Origin: Nemertoderma westbladi | Lineage: Eukaryota; Animalia; Xenacoelomorpha | Length of the DNA: 64,000 nt | Direction: 5' to 3' | Assembly (NCBI GenBank): GCA_032718475.1 | Contig: JAUCBJ010004177.1 | Location: forward strand, 1-64,000 | Shown here: in pieces, positions 12,443 to 25,399 of the stretch | Layout of the letters: every line of letters starts with the position of its first letter | Numbering within the stretch: the stretch's first letter is position 1 | Program-made: the position numbers and the translations under genes | The notes under the pieces: generated by a model | The model's input: only the letters and a program-made list of their open reading frames with translations | Database searches by the model: none | Told to the model about the DNA's origin: nothing

Positions 12443-13600
12443 TAATAACAATCCAGCCACGAGAGAATCAACTTTCATCATAGTTAGTAAGTAAATAATG
12501 GATAGCGAGGTAGGCTATATATACATAGCTATCCATTATTTACTTACTAACTACAATGAAAGTTTTTTTTTTTTTTTTTTATATATAATATGTATAATAA
12601 TAATATTTGTATATTGAGATTATTAATTTTTTTTTTTTACATAATTATACAAATATTCATTCCTTATTTTTATCCATAAATCAAACAAAAAATAAAATCA
12701 AATATTTATTATGAATATCCAAAGTAAATTTACATAGTAAACTGCACAAGTTGTTTATTAAATTGCCTAAATAATTAATCTATATTATGTTACCTATCTA
12801 AAGTCACAAACGAAGTAAATACGAGATCGGTTAATACCGATCGGGTAACCCCCACCCGTCGCCCCGCAACCCCGCACCGTCCCCAAAGCCCAGTGCCCGC
12901 CATGGGCGCCGCCCACCACGCAGGCAGAGGGAGTTGGAGCGGATCAGCGCGAATTGAAGGCGCCTCCGGACCCTCCCAACACACTGGCGAGGCCTCGCTG
13001 GCGCATCCCCTGCCGCCGAGCCACGAGGGTCTCAGCGAGGTGGCGGATTAGGATTTCGGCCTCCTTACACCACACCCCGTCGGTGCTTCCGACTAGGGGG
13101 GTGAAGGAGATCCTCCTGTCCTCGCACACCGCGCTGTAATGGACCTTCTTGGCCCGGACTCGCTGCTCGAGGATGAAGTCCAGGGGCCGATTTGCATAGG
13201 AGGGGGCGTCAGCGTTAACCACCGCTATGTCAAAAGACGCCACTCTCTGCTCGGCCCAGACTCCCCTCGCCAGGAGATCCGCCCTCACTCCACCAACCTC
13301 GCGACCCCGCCTGTCCAGGTACCCCGTGCACAGCGTGACTTCACGCTGCACACATGAGCCCCCGAATGCAGACGCAATGAGGTCACCAAATACCTCTCGC
13401 ACCTCATCGTGTCGCTTTATGACGAGGCCCCCCGACTTGCAGTTGAGGGCGTGGGTCGTTGTAAACGGTTCCCCACACCCCTCGCACTTCGCCGGGAAGC
13501 CAGGCGGCGTCAGGCCGTATCTCATTGAGAGATTGTCCCGGAACACCTCCGGGTCGAGGTCTACGATGAAAGTTGTTTTTTTCGTGGTCGGATTGTTATT
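12443..13600. mobile_element. Small foldback/MITE-like inverted repeat split by a CRE-type insertion
   Basis: Left arm 12443-12506 (..ACAATCCAGCCACGAGAGAATCAACTTTCATCATAGTTAGTAAGTAAATAATGGATAGC) is the reverse complement of 12528-12564 joined to 13575-13600. Confidence 0.7.
12565..13560 (-). mobile_element. 5'-truncated CRE-type non-LTR retrotransposon (restriction-like endonuclease domain)
   Basis: ORF 12944-13546 has a CxxC..H..C knuckle (CEGC..HALNC), RHD, RADL..FD and FTPLVGSTDG motifs. Poly(A) appears as a T-run at 12563-12580. 14-bp TSD CTAC(A/G)ATGAAAGTT at 12551-12564 and 13561-13574. Confidence 0.88.
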
Positions 13601-14432
13601 ATATATAATATAAAATATAATAATATAAAATGTTTACAAAATAATTATTATTAAAGGCTCAACTAAGATTTACTTATGGGGAGTAACGAGGGGGGTTATT
13701 GGGAATGAGAAAGGTAAATGGGAAAAGAGTGAGTTCCCTTATTGCGACGACCTTGCCTTTCATTTCTTGAACTTATTATTTATTCAATGATGCCGCACTA
13801 CAATCTCTCTGTTCGTGACAGAGTTCACCCACATATGTTACCGAACTCTGTAAGAGGAACAAAGCTTCTTTTGTGCTCAAAAAATATACCAAAAGCAAAT
13901 CAATTGCATATTTTATGTAAAACTCGTGCGATAACGCGATGACGAGGTGGTGGAATAAACAGGCTATTTAAACATGATTTCAGCATAAATTCAATGCGTT
14001 CAAAGAGTTTAATGTTGAAGACGTGAAGCGATAACAGCGAGGGCACTGGGCATAAAACTGGGCCAAAGTGGCATGAAATCTCAGATAAGAGAATCACTTC
14101 CTATGTGCGCCGTGGGAAACTAATGTAACAGCTGTAGAACTAAGTGTTTTATATGAGATACGCACGCAGCACAGAGCGCGTCTGTATTGCGCATAGTAGG
14201 TGACATGTGGGACAAAAATCACCTCCTTTTAATTTCCTCCCTCCACCACAGCCTCCCACTCTGACATGAACTGAAAGAAGTTGTGTATATCAATTTGACG
14301 AATATTGAGCGGACAAACATATACAAGCAAACAAATATACAATCATACCTTCATACCTACCACCTATATGCTATGTATAAACATGGAAGGATGCTCGCAG
14401 GCTGAAACTTCTAATTGAAATGGGGTGGGGTA

Positions 14433-17400
14433 TCTACCCCGAACCATATCCAAACTCTACCCCGAACCACAACCAAACTCTACTCCGAACCATAACAAAA
14501 CTCTACCCCGAACCATAACCAAACTCTACCCCGAACCATAACCAAACTCTACCCCGAACCATAACCAAACTCTACCCCGAACCATATCCAAACTCTACCC
14601 CGAACCACAACCAAACTCTACTCCGAACCATAACAAAACTCTACCCCGAACCATAACCAAACTCTACCCCGAACCATAACCAAACTCTACCCCGAACCAT
14701 AACCAAACTCTACCCCGAACCATAACCAAACTCTACCCCGAACCATAACCAAACTCTACTCCGAACCATAACCAAACTCTACTCCGAACCATAACAAAAC
14801 TCTACCCCGAACCATAACCAAACTCTACTCCGAACCATAACAAAACTCTACCCCGAACCATAACCAAACTCTACCCCGAACCATATCCAAACTCTACCCC
14901 GAACCATAACAAAACTCTACCCCGATCCATAACCAAACTCTACCCCGAACCATAACCAAACTCTACCCCGAACCATAACCAAACTCTACTCCAAACCATA
15001 ACAAAACTCTACCCCGAACCATAACCAAACTCTACCCCGAACCATAACCAAACTCTACTCCGAACCATAACCAAACTCTACTCCGAACCATATCCAAACT
15101 CTACTCCGAACCATATCCAAACTCTACTCCGAACCATATCCAAACTCTACTCCGAACCATATCCAAACTCTACTCCGAACCATATCCAAACTCTACTCCG
15201 AACCATATCCAAACTCTACTCCGAACCATATCCAAACTCTACTCCGAACCATATCCAAACTCTACACCGAACCATATCCAAACTCTACCCCGAACCATAA
15301 CCAAACTCTACCCCGAACCATAACCAAACTCTACTCCGAACCATAACCAAACTCTACTCCGAACCATATCCAAACTCTACTCCGAACCATATCCAAACTC
15401 TACCCCGAACCACAACCAAACTCTACTCCGAACCATATCCAAACTCTACCCCGAACCACAACCAAACTCTACTCCAAACCATAACCAAACTCTACCCAGA
15501 ACCATAACCAAACTCTACCCCGAACCATAACCAAACTCTACCCCGAACCATAACCAAACTCTACCCCGAACCATAACCAAACTCTACTCCGAACCATAAC
15601 CAAACTCTACCCCGAACCATATCCAAACTCTACTCGGAACCATAACCAAACTCTACCCCGAACCATAACCAAACTCTACCCCGAACCATAACCAAACTCT
15701 ACCACGAACCATAACCAAACTCTACCCCGAACCATAACCAAACTCTACTCCGAACCATAACCAAACTCTACCCCGAACCATAACCAAACTCTACCCCGAA
15801 CCATAACCAAACTCTACCCCGAACCATAACCAAACTCTACTCCGAACCATAACCAAACTCTACCCCGAACCATATCCAAACTCTACTCGGAACCATAACC
15901 AAACTCTACCCCGAACCATAACCAAACTCTATTCCGAACCATAACCAAACTCTACCCCGTACCATAACCAAACTCTACCCCGAACCACAACCAAACTCTA
16001 CCCCGTACCATATCCAAACTCTACCCCGAACCACAACCAAACTCTACCCCGAACCATATCCAAACTATACTCCGATCCATATCCAAACTCTTCTCCGAAC
16101 CATAACCAAACTCTACCCCGAACCATAACCAAACTCTACCCCGAACCATATCCAAACTCTACTCGGAACCATAACCAAACTCTACCCCGAACCATAACCA
16201 AACTCTATTCCGAACCATAACCAAACTCTACCCCGTACCATAACCAAACTCTACCCCGAACCATAACCAAACTCTACCCCGAACCACAACCAAACTCTAC
16301 CCCGAACTATAACCAAACTCTACTCCGAACCATAACCAAACTCTACCCCGAACCATAACCAAACTCTACTCCGAACCATATCCAAACTCTACTCCGAACC
16401 ATATCCAAACTCTACCCCGAACCACAACCAAACTCTACTCCGAACCATATCCAAACTCTACCCCGAACCACAACCAAACTCTACTCCAAACCATAACCAA
16501 ACTCTACCCAGAACCATAACCAAACTCTACCCCGAACCATAACCAAACTCTACCCCGAACCATAACCAAACTCTACCCCGAACCATAACCAAACTCTACT
16601 CCGAACCATAACCAAACTCTACCCCGAACCATATCCAAACTCTACTCGGAACCATAACCAAACTCTACCCCGAACCATAACCAAACTCTACCCCGAACCA
16701 TAACCAAACTCTACCACGAACCATAACCAAACTCTACCCCGAACCATAACCAAACTCTACTCCGAACCATAACCAAACTCTACCCCGAACCATAACCAAA
16801 CTCTACCCCGAACCATAACCAAACTCTACCCCGAACCATAACCAAACTCTACTCCGAACCATAACCAAACTCTACCCCGAACCATATCCAAACTCTACTC
16901 GGAACCATAACCAAACTCTACCCCGAACCATAACCAAACTCTATTCCGAACCATAACCAAACTCTACCCCGTACCATAACCAAACTCTACCCCGAACCAC
17001 AACCAAACTCTACCCCGTACCATATCCAAACTCTACCCCGAACCACAACCAAACTCTACCCCGAACCATATCCAAACTATACTCCGATCCATATCCAAAC
17101 TCTTCTCCGAACCATAACCAAACTCTACCCCGAACCATAACCAAACTCTACCCCGAACCATATCCAAACTCTACTCGGAACCATAACCAAACTCTACCCC
17201 GAACCATAACCAAACTCTATTCCGAACCATAACCAAACTCTACCCCGTACCATAACCAAACTCTACCCCGAACCATAACCAAACTCTACCCCGAACCACA
17301 ACCAAACTCTACCCCGAACTATAACCAAACTCTACTCCGAACCATAACCAAACTCTACCCCGAACCATAACCAAACTCTACTCCGAACCATAACCAAACT

Positions 17401-18522
17401 CTACCCCGTACCATATCCAAATTCTACCCCGAACCACAACCAAACTCTACCCCGAACCATATCCAAACTCTACCCCGAACCACAACCAAACTCTACCCAG
17501 AACCACAACCAAACTCTACCCCGAACCATAACCAAACTCTACTCGGAACCATAACCAAACTCTACCCCGAACCATATCCAAACTCTACCACGAACCATAA
17601 CCAAACTCTACCCCGAACCATAACCAAACTCTACTCCGAACCATAACCAAACTCTACCCCGAACCATATCCAAACTCTACCCCGAACCACAACCAAACTC
17701 TACCCCGAACCACAACCAAACTCTACTCCAAACCATAACCAAACTCTACCACGAACCATAACCAAACTCTACCCCGAACCAACTAAATTCTACCTCGAAC
17801 CATAACCAAACTCTACCCCGAACCATAACCAAACTCTACCACGAACCATAACCAAACTCTACCCCGAACCACAACCAAACTCTACCCCGAACCACAACCA
17901 AACTCTACCCCGAACCATAACCAAACTATACTCCGAACCATAACGAAACTATACTCCGAACCACAACCAAACTCACCCCGAACCACAACCAAACTCTACC
18001 CCGAACTATAACCAAACTCTACCCCGAACCATAACAAAACTCTACCCCGAACCATAACCAAACTCTACTCCGAACCATAACCAAATTCTACTCCGAACCA
18101 TATCCAAACTCTACCCCGAACCACATCCAAACTCTACTCGGAACCATAACCAAACTCTACCCCGAACCATAACCAAACTCTACCCCGAACCATATCCAAA
18201 CTCTACTCGGAACCACAACCAAACTCCACCTTGATCCATAACCAAACTCTACGCGAAACCAAAACCAAACTCCACCTTGATCCATAACCAAACTCTACCA
18301 CGAACCATAACCAAACTCTACCTCAAACCTACTAAATTCTACCTCGAACAACAACCAAACTCTACCCCGATCCATAACCAAACTCTACCACGGACCATAA
18401 CCAAACTCTACGCTAAACCATAACCTAACTCTACCCCGGCCCCGGACCATAACCAAACTCTACTGGGAACCACAACCAAACTCTACTCGGAACCATAACC
18501 AAACTCTTACTCGTAACCATAA
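14433..18522. repeat. 23-bp tandem satellite (~178 copies)
   Basis: Unit AACCATAACCAAACTCTACCCCG, decaying toward the right end. Confidence 0.97.
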
Positions 18523-19338
18523 TAAAAACAGCCATTAACAAGTTTAGAAAACCTTAACTAAAAATTGTTATAAAAGGAAACTGATAAAGGATGTAATGAT
18601 TATTGAGAAGGGAATTAAAACAGCAGAAATATGGGGATGCTAACTCTCCTTAACGTCAGGATGCAAGAAGGCTTCAACCCTGTGTGGCAGTGTGGGTCTA
18701 TATAATATATAAAACATATGACGCAGACATTCATCCAATAAGTTTTAGGCCAGAATAGAATTCCTCACTTGGAAACTGATTAGCTATAGTTACGCTTCAC
18801 ATAGCCTTGCGTTGTTATAATGATTGCCTAACTCCAATCATCCAACCAACCTATTGTTAGCTCTCTTTCATCTAACCGCCAGTCCCATTATTGGTGGAAC
18901 AGAGAAGGTACCTTTTCCTAATCCTTGGCTCCACACACACATTGTAGATCCGGGCCATCAGTAACTGATATCCCTTTGATCTTTTGTGCTCTTCTATTAG
19001 GAAGGAGTGGCTATGATTGCAAATAAATCTTTATGGCACACGGGCCGGTACAGTTACGGCTGTTTGGATCCCCTTTTAACTAACACAGATACCAAATAAT
19101 GCGACAATTTTACGGCTAATAATTCCAGGTAAGGGTCCCTGGATGCTACTCAAGTGGTTTCGTAGCGCGAAATTTTTACTAGCTAATGATCCCCCGTAAA
19201 ACATTTGCTTCCTGTAATTAAAGTAACGCCTATCTGGATGGTTGTTTGATATTTATAGAGGCAACGGCAGGCAGGTAATACTGTCCCCCCCCAATAAATA
19301 TGGAGAACATTTTTGCTCAGAGTTATAATATGATCAAA

Positions 19339-22140
19339 TTTATTATCTAAAACGACAAGGTATTTTACACGACACAGTTTATTATCTCGAACGACAAGGT
19401 ATCTTACACGACACAGTTTATTATCTAGAACGACAAGGTATCTTACACGACACAGTTTATTATCTAGAACGAGAAGGTATCTTACACGACACAGTTTATT
19501 ATCTAGAACGACAAGGTATCTTACACGACACAGTTTATTATCTAGAACGAGAAGGTATCTTACACGACACAGTTTATTATCTAGAACGAGAAGGTATCTT
19601 ACACGACACAGTTTATTATCTAGAACGAGAAGGTATCTTACACGACACAGTTTATTATCTAGAACGAGAAGGTATCTTACACGACACCATTTATTATCTA
19701 GAACGACAAGGTATCTTACACGACACAGTTTATTATCTAGAACGAAAAGGTATCTTACACGACACAGTTTATTATCTAGAACGACAAGGTATCTTACACG
19801 ACACAGTTTATTATCTAGAACGACAAGGTATCTTACACGACACAGTTTATTATCTAGAACGAGAAGGTATCTTACACGACACAGTTTATTATCTAGAACG
19901 AGAAGGTATCTTACACGATACAGTTTATTATCTAGAACGAGAAGGTATCTTACACGACACCATTTATTATCTAGAACGACAAGGTATCTTACACGACACA
20001 GTTTATTATCTAGAACGAGAAGGTATCTTACACGACACAGTTTATTATCTAGAACGACAAGGTATCTTACACGACACAGTTTATTATCTAGAACGACAAG
20101 GTATCTTACACGACACAGTTTATTATCTAGAACGAAAAGGTATCTTACACGACACAGTTTATTATCTAGAACGAGAAGGTATCTTACACGACACCATTTA
20201 TTATCTAGAACGACAAGGTAGGTATCTTACACGACACAGTTTATTATCTAGAACGAGAAGGTATCTTACACGACACAGTTTATTATCTAGAACGAGAAGG
20301 TATCTTACACGACACAGTTTATTATCTAGAACGAGAAGGTATCTTACACGACACCATTTATTATCTAGAACGACAAGGTATCTTACACGACACAGTTTAT
20401 TATCTAGAACGAAAAGGTATCTTACACGACACAGTTTATTATCTAGAACGAGAAGGTATCTTACACGACACCATTTATTATCTAGAACGACAAGGTATCT
20501 TACACGACACAGTTTATTATCTAGAAGGACAAGGTATGTTACACGACACAGTTTATTATCTAAAACGACAAGGTATCTTACACGACACAGTTTATTATCT
20601 AGAACGAAAAGGTATCTTACACGACACAGTTTATTATCTAGAACGAGAAGGTATCTTACACGACACCATTTATTATCTAGAACGACAAGGTATCTTACAC
20701 GACACAGTTTATTATCTAGAACGAAAAGGTATCTTACACGACACAGTTTATTATCTAGAACGAGAAGGTATCTTACACGACACCATTTATTATCTAGAAC
20801 GACAAGGTATCTTACACGACACAGTTTATTATCTAGAAGGACAAGGTATGTTACACGACACAGTTTATTATCTAAAACGACAAGGTATCTTACACGACAC
20901 AGTTTATTATCTAGAACGAAAAGGTATCTTACACGACACAGTTTATTATCTAGAACGAAAAGGTATCTTACACGACACAGTTTATTATCTAGAACGAGAA
21001 GGTATCTTACACGACACCATTTATTATCTAGAACGACAAGGTATCTTACACGACACAGTGTATTATCTAAAACGACAAGGTATCTTACACGACACAGTTT
21101 ATTATCTAGAACGAGAAGGTATCTTACACGACACAGTTTATTATCTAGAACGACAAGGTATCTTACACGACACAGTTTATTATCTAGAACGACAAGGTAT
21201 CTTACACGACACAGTTTATTATCTAGAACGAGAAGGTATCTTACACGACACAGTTTATTATCTAGAACGACAAGGTATCTTACACGACACAGTTTATTAT
21301 CTAGAACGAGAAGGTATCTTACACGACACAGTTTATTATCTAGAACGACAAGGTATCTTACACGACACAGTTTATTATCTAGAAGGACAAGGTATTATAC
21401 AGACGTTTCGGCCTAGCACGTTTCGGTCCAGGACGTTTCGGCCCGGACATTTCGGCCCGGACGATTCGGCCCGGACGTTTCGGCCCATGACTGTAACTGA
21501 ATGAAAAGGCCAACTTGTTTGATATGATAATAATTATTCATTAAAATTATAATTATTTCACAATAACATACAAACACTTAATAAAATATCTTTCATGAAA
21601 TGGCTATTTAATTTACCTTTATTTAAAAATAAAATAAACATTATGGAAGTGGTGCTCTGGTTCCATAGTCGCCATCAATTATGTTATGCGGCCGAAAAAA
21701 TACGCATATATTTCATCTAAATTTAAATTTAAATTTATATATTATTATTATATTTGTTATATTTGTTCTAAGTTACATTATGGTGTAAATTTATATTAAT
21801 AAATAATAATAATAATATTACATTAGTTATTATTTATAAATATAATGTAGAACTTCGATCTTGACGACTTTCAAACAGGTGTCGGAGCAGTTCCTACTGA
21901 CAACTCCTCTTGTAACGAACGTATAACAACTACAAAACAAATATATTGAATAACTTATTATTAATAGCTTATTTAAGGGAGTAAAGTGAATCTTTGGGCC
22001 AAAACGTCCGTCAAGCAAATCTTGTATTTCATTCATTGAGCCGAAACGTCCTAGGCCAAAACGTCTTAGACCGAAACGTCTGTTACCCATCTTACACGAC
22101 ACAGTTTATTTATTATCTAGAACGACAAGGTATCTTACAC
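19339..22140. repeat. 39-bp tandem array (~53 copies, plus a remnant after an insertion at 21396-22088)
   Basis: Unit TTTATTATCTAGAACGA(C/G/A)AAGGTATCTTACACGACACAG. Confidence 0.97.
21396..22088. mobile_element. Non-autonomous TIR element with tandem GACGTTTCGGCC subterminal repeats
   Basis: Left ACAGACGTTTCGG plus ~6 GGACGTTTCGGCCC units; right end has the inverse CCGAAACGTC units ending CGTCTGT. AT-rich core. Splits the satellite at GGTAT|ATCTTACAC (possible AT duplication). Confidence 0.75.
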
Positions 22141-22379
22141 AGATGTTACAAAGTAACATTGGCCTTATGAGTATGATCCATTGTAATTATCAGTAAATAC
22201 TTACGTATTAACTGCCTCAATTGTTTTTCTATACGTTGAGTGTAAAGATTAAGAATAAAGATAAAGATTAAATCAGTAGTCATATCTACATATTTGTTGC
22301 GCTATATCAGTTCTTTTAATTTAACCCCCCCCCCCCCCCCCCTCCCATGACATACCATCAGGACAACAACCAGTACTAT

Positions 22380-23203
22380 GTAACACAATCAGAACTGCAA
22401 CCTGTACAGTGTGACACAATCAGCACTGCACTGTGTTACCGTGTGACACAATCAGGACTGCACTGTGTACCGTGTGACACAATTAAGACTGTATCCTGTA
22501 CCGTGTGACACAATCAGGTCTGCACTGCGTACCGTGTCACACCACCAGGACTGCACTCACTGTGTACCGTGCCACACCATCAGGACTGCACTGTGTACCG
22601 TATGACACTGTTAGAACTGCAACCTGTACCGTGTGACACAATCAGAACTGCAACCTGTACCCTGTGACACAATCAGGACTGCACTGTGTACCGTGACACA
22701 ATCAGGACTGCACTGTGTACCGTGACACAATCAGGACTGCACTGTGTACCGTGACACAATCAGGACTGCACTGTGTACCGTGACACAATCAGGACTGCAC
22801 TGTGTACCGTGACACAATCAGGACTGCACTGTGTACCGTGACACAATCAGGACTGCACTGTGTACCGTGTCACACCATCAGGACTCACAATGTGTACCGC
22901 ATGACACTGTCAGAACTGCAACCAGTACCGTGTGACACAATCAGGACTGTAACCTGTACCGTGTGACACAATCAGGACTGCAACCTGTACCGTGTGACAC
23001 AATCAGGACTGCACTGTGTACCGTGTGACACCGTCATGACTGCACTGGTACCGTATTACACTAGCAGGACTGAAACCTGTACCGTGTGACACAATCAGGA
23101 CTGCACTGTGTGTGAACCGTGTCACACCATAATCAATGACTGCATTGTGTACCGTGTGACACAATTAGTACTGTATACCGTGGCATACCATCAGGACTGT
23201 AAC
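22380..23203. repeat. 29/31-bp tandem array
   Basis: Unit CG(TG)TGACACAATCAGGACTGCACTGTGTAC with a homogeneous 29-bp core at ~22660-22865. Confidence 0.93.
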
Positions 23204-24312
23204 CAACCTGGTTAATTTTATCATACTTCATTATTCTCTGCCTTCATCCTTGTTTGATTGATTTGGTATCAATTTCAACCGCGGGTTCATATCAAAAGAA
23301 TTGTTTCACACCGCAGGCGTCGATGTAATTTTCTTTCTAAAGCTATAAATTGCGAAAAATCGATCCCCAGTGCAAGCGAACTAAACCTACGGTAAGTCGG
23401 GTAGGGGGGGGGGGGGGGGTGGTCCGTCCCTAAGGCCGGACAAACTGAACGTGGGCGGTATTTAACGCCATGCCTCGGACTCAATCAACCCAACTAGCCG
23501 ACTACCAAACTTGGATTAATCCTCCCCCGAGCACTGGAGCAGAAGAGGTGGGCTGTGTCCCAACGTTATCCGCGGCATGTACGGGTACAACCACAGCGAG
23601 TAGCATAACGCCCTGTCATCGATACGGCGTCTAATAAAGGGGATTATAAAAAAGCGGACACCGTTAGCTAAAGCGCTCGCAATTAACGTTAATGGTTGGT
23701 AACTCTGGCCGCAATGTTTATTAGGTCCCCAACATTGTTGCCACTGTGTATTAAAGCCAAACATCTGCTTCGGTGGATATTTAGTTGCCTGGTGTAAGTG
23801 CGGTTATGACTCACTGTCCTTTAACGGCCCGATTAAACACATATTGAATGATTTTTTTTAACTTTATTGGGATAAAAATGCTAATGTCGTTAAAAAGTCA
23901 TAAAAAATTATATTATATTATGTACAATGCGTGAATTATTTCGTAATTAATATTATCTTCTTTTGACGATTAATAATTTAGTAACGGGAAAGGTTTCCGC
24001 TTTATACATGATTATCTTAATACTTAAATTTGTATAAGTACATATTTATTTTGAGTCAGAGGCGTTTATTACCATATACATATGGTGTAAAATTTATGTA
24101 CGGCACGGCATGTATGAAATATTTATGTATAATTAATATTAAATTAAAATTAAGATTAAAAACAATGATTAAAAGTTTAAAAGTAAAACCCTTAAAATCG
24201 TTGTGAGATTATTAGGTTGCATCCACGGGGGGTTTTATGTTGTACACGGTTAGTGCGTTTTTAAGAAGGGAGGGTTGCTTGGGGAGGCCTACAAATTTAT
24301 TTTTGAAGCGGC

Positions 24313-25201
24313 ATGATTAGTTCGTTCTGCAGTTCTTACCGGACCAGATAGGGTGAATGTAACGAATGATTAGTTCGTTCGACAGTTCTTACCGGACCAG
24401 ATAGGGTGAATGTAACGAATGATTAGTTCGTTCTGCAGTTCTTACCGGACCAGATAGGGTGAATGTAACGAATGATTAGTTCGTTCTACAGTTCTTACCG
24501 GACCAGATAGGGTGAATGTAACGAATGATTAGTTCGTTCTGCAGTTCTTACCGGACCAGATAGGGTGAATGTAACGAATGATTAGTTCGTTCTGCAGTTC
24601 TTACCAGACCAGATAGGGTGAATGTAACGAATGATTAGTTCGTTCTACAGTTCTTACCGACCAGATAGGGTGAATGTAACGAATGATTAGTTCGTTCTAC
24701 AGTTCTTACCGGACCAGATAGGGTGAATGTAACGAATGATTAGTTCGTTCTACAGTTCTTACCGGACCAGATAGGGTGAATGTAACGAATGATTAGTTCG
24801 TTCTACAGTTCTTACCGGACCAGATAGGGTGAATGTAACGAATGATTAGTTCGTTCTACTGTACAGTTCTTACCGGACCAGATAGGGTGAATGTAACGAA
24901 TGATTAGTTCGTTCTACAGTTCTTACCGGACCAGATAGGGTGAATGTAACGAATGATTAGTTCGTTCTACAGTTCTTACCGGACCAGATAGGGTGAATGT
25001 AACAAATGATTAGTTCGTTTCTACAGGTCTTACCGGACCAGATAGGGTGAATGTAACGAATGATTAGTTCGTTTCTACAGGTCTTACCGGACCAGATAGG
25101 GTGAATGTAACGAATGATTAGTTCGTTTCTACAGGTCTTACCGGACCAGATAGGGTGAATGTAACGAATGATTAGTTCGTTTCTACAGTTCTTACCGGAC
25201 C
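24313..25201. repeat. 53-bp tandem array (~17 copies)
   Basis: Unit ATGATTAGTTCGTTCTACAGTTCTTACCGGACCAGATAGGGTGAATGTAACGA. Confidence 0.97.
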
Positions 25202-25399
25202 ATAATAAATACTGTCATGGTAATCTTAATACCAGAAATGTCATGAGTAACGGTATATCGGAGTCTGAGTATCTGGCCTCCTTACTAATCAAACAGACAT
25301 ATGAAGTACAAAAATAAATCCACTTATATTCATTGTGTTTTCTAACGATGCAGTTTTCATTGTATGGATAGAAGCCGGAGACCAATCAGTAGGCCTACA

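Noticed and set aside
18570-19150. Possible GIY-YIG tail (KRKLI..EGFNPVW) and minus-strand RT traces (GDP, GVRQ)
   Set aside because: Too short and degenerate to support without a profile search.
20536-21504. 322-aa ORF of (ILHDTVYYLERQG)n
   Set aside because: Translation of the 39-bp satellite; it starts at a variant ATG, runs into a transposon end, and the array has a 4-bp frameshift at ~20220.
1-25201. Tandem arrays as CRISPR arrays
   Set aside because: Units are head-to-tail with no unique spacers, there are no cas genes, and the context is eukaryotic.
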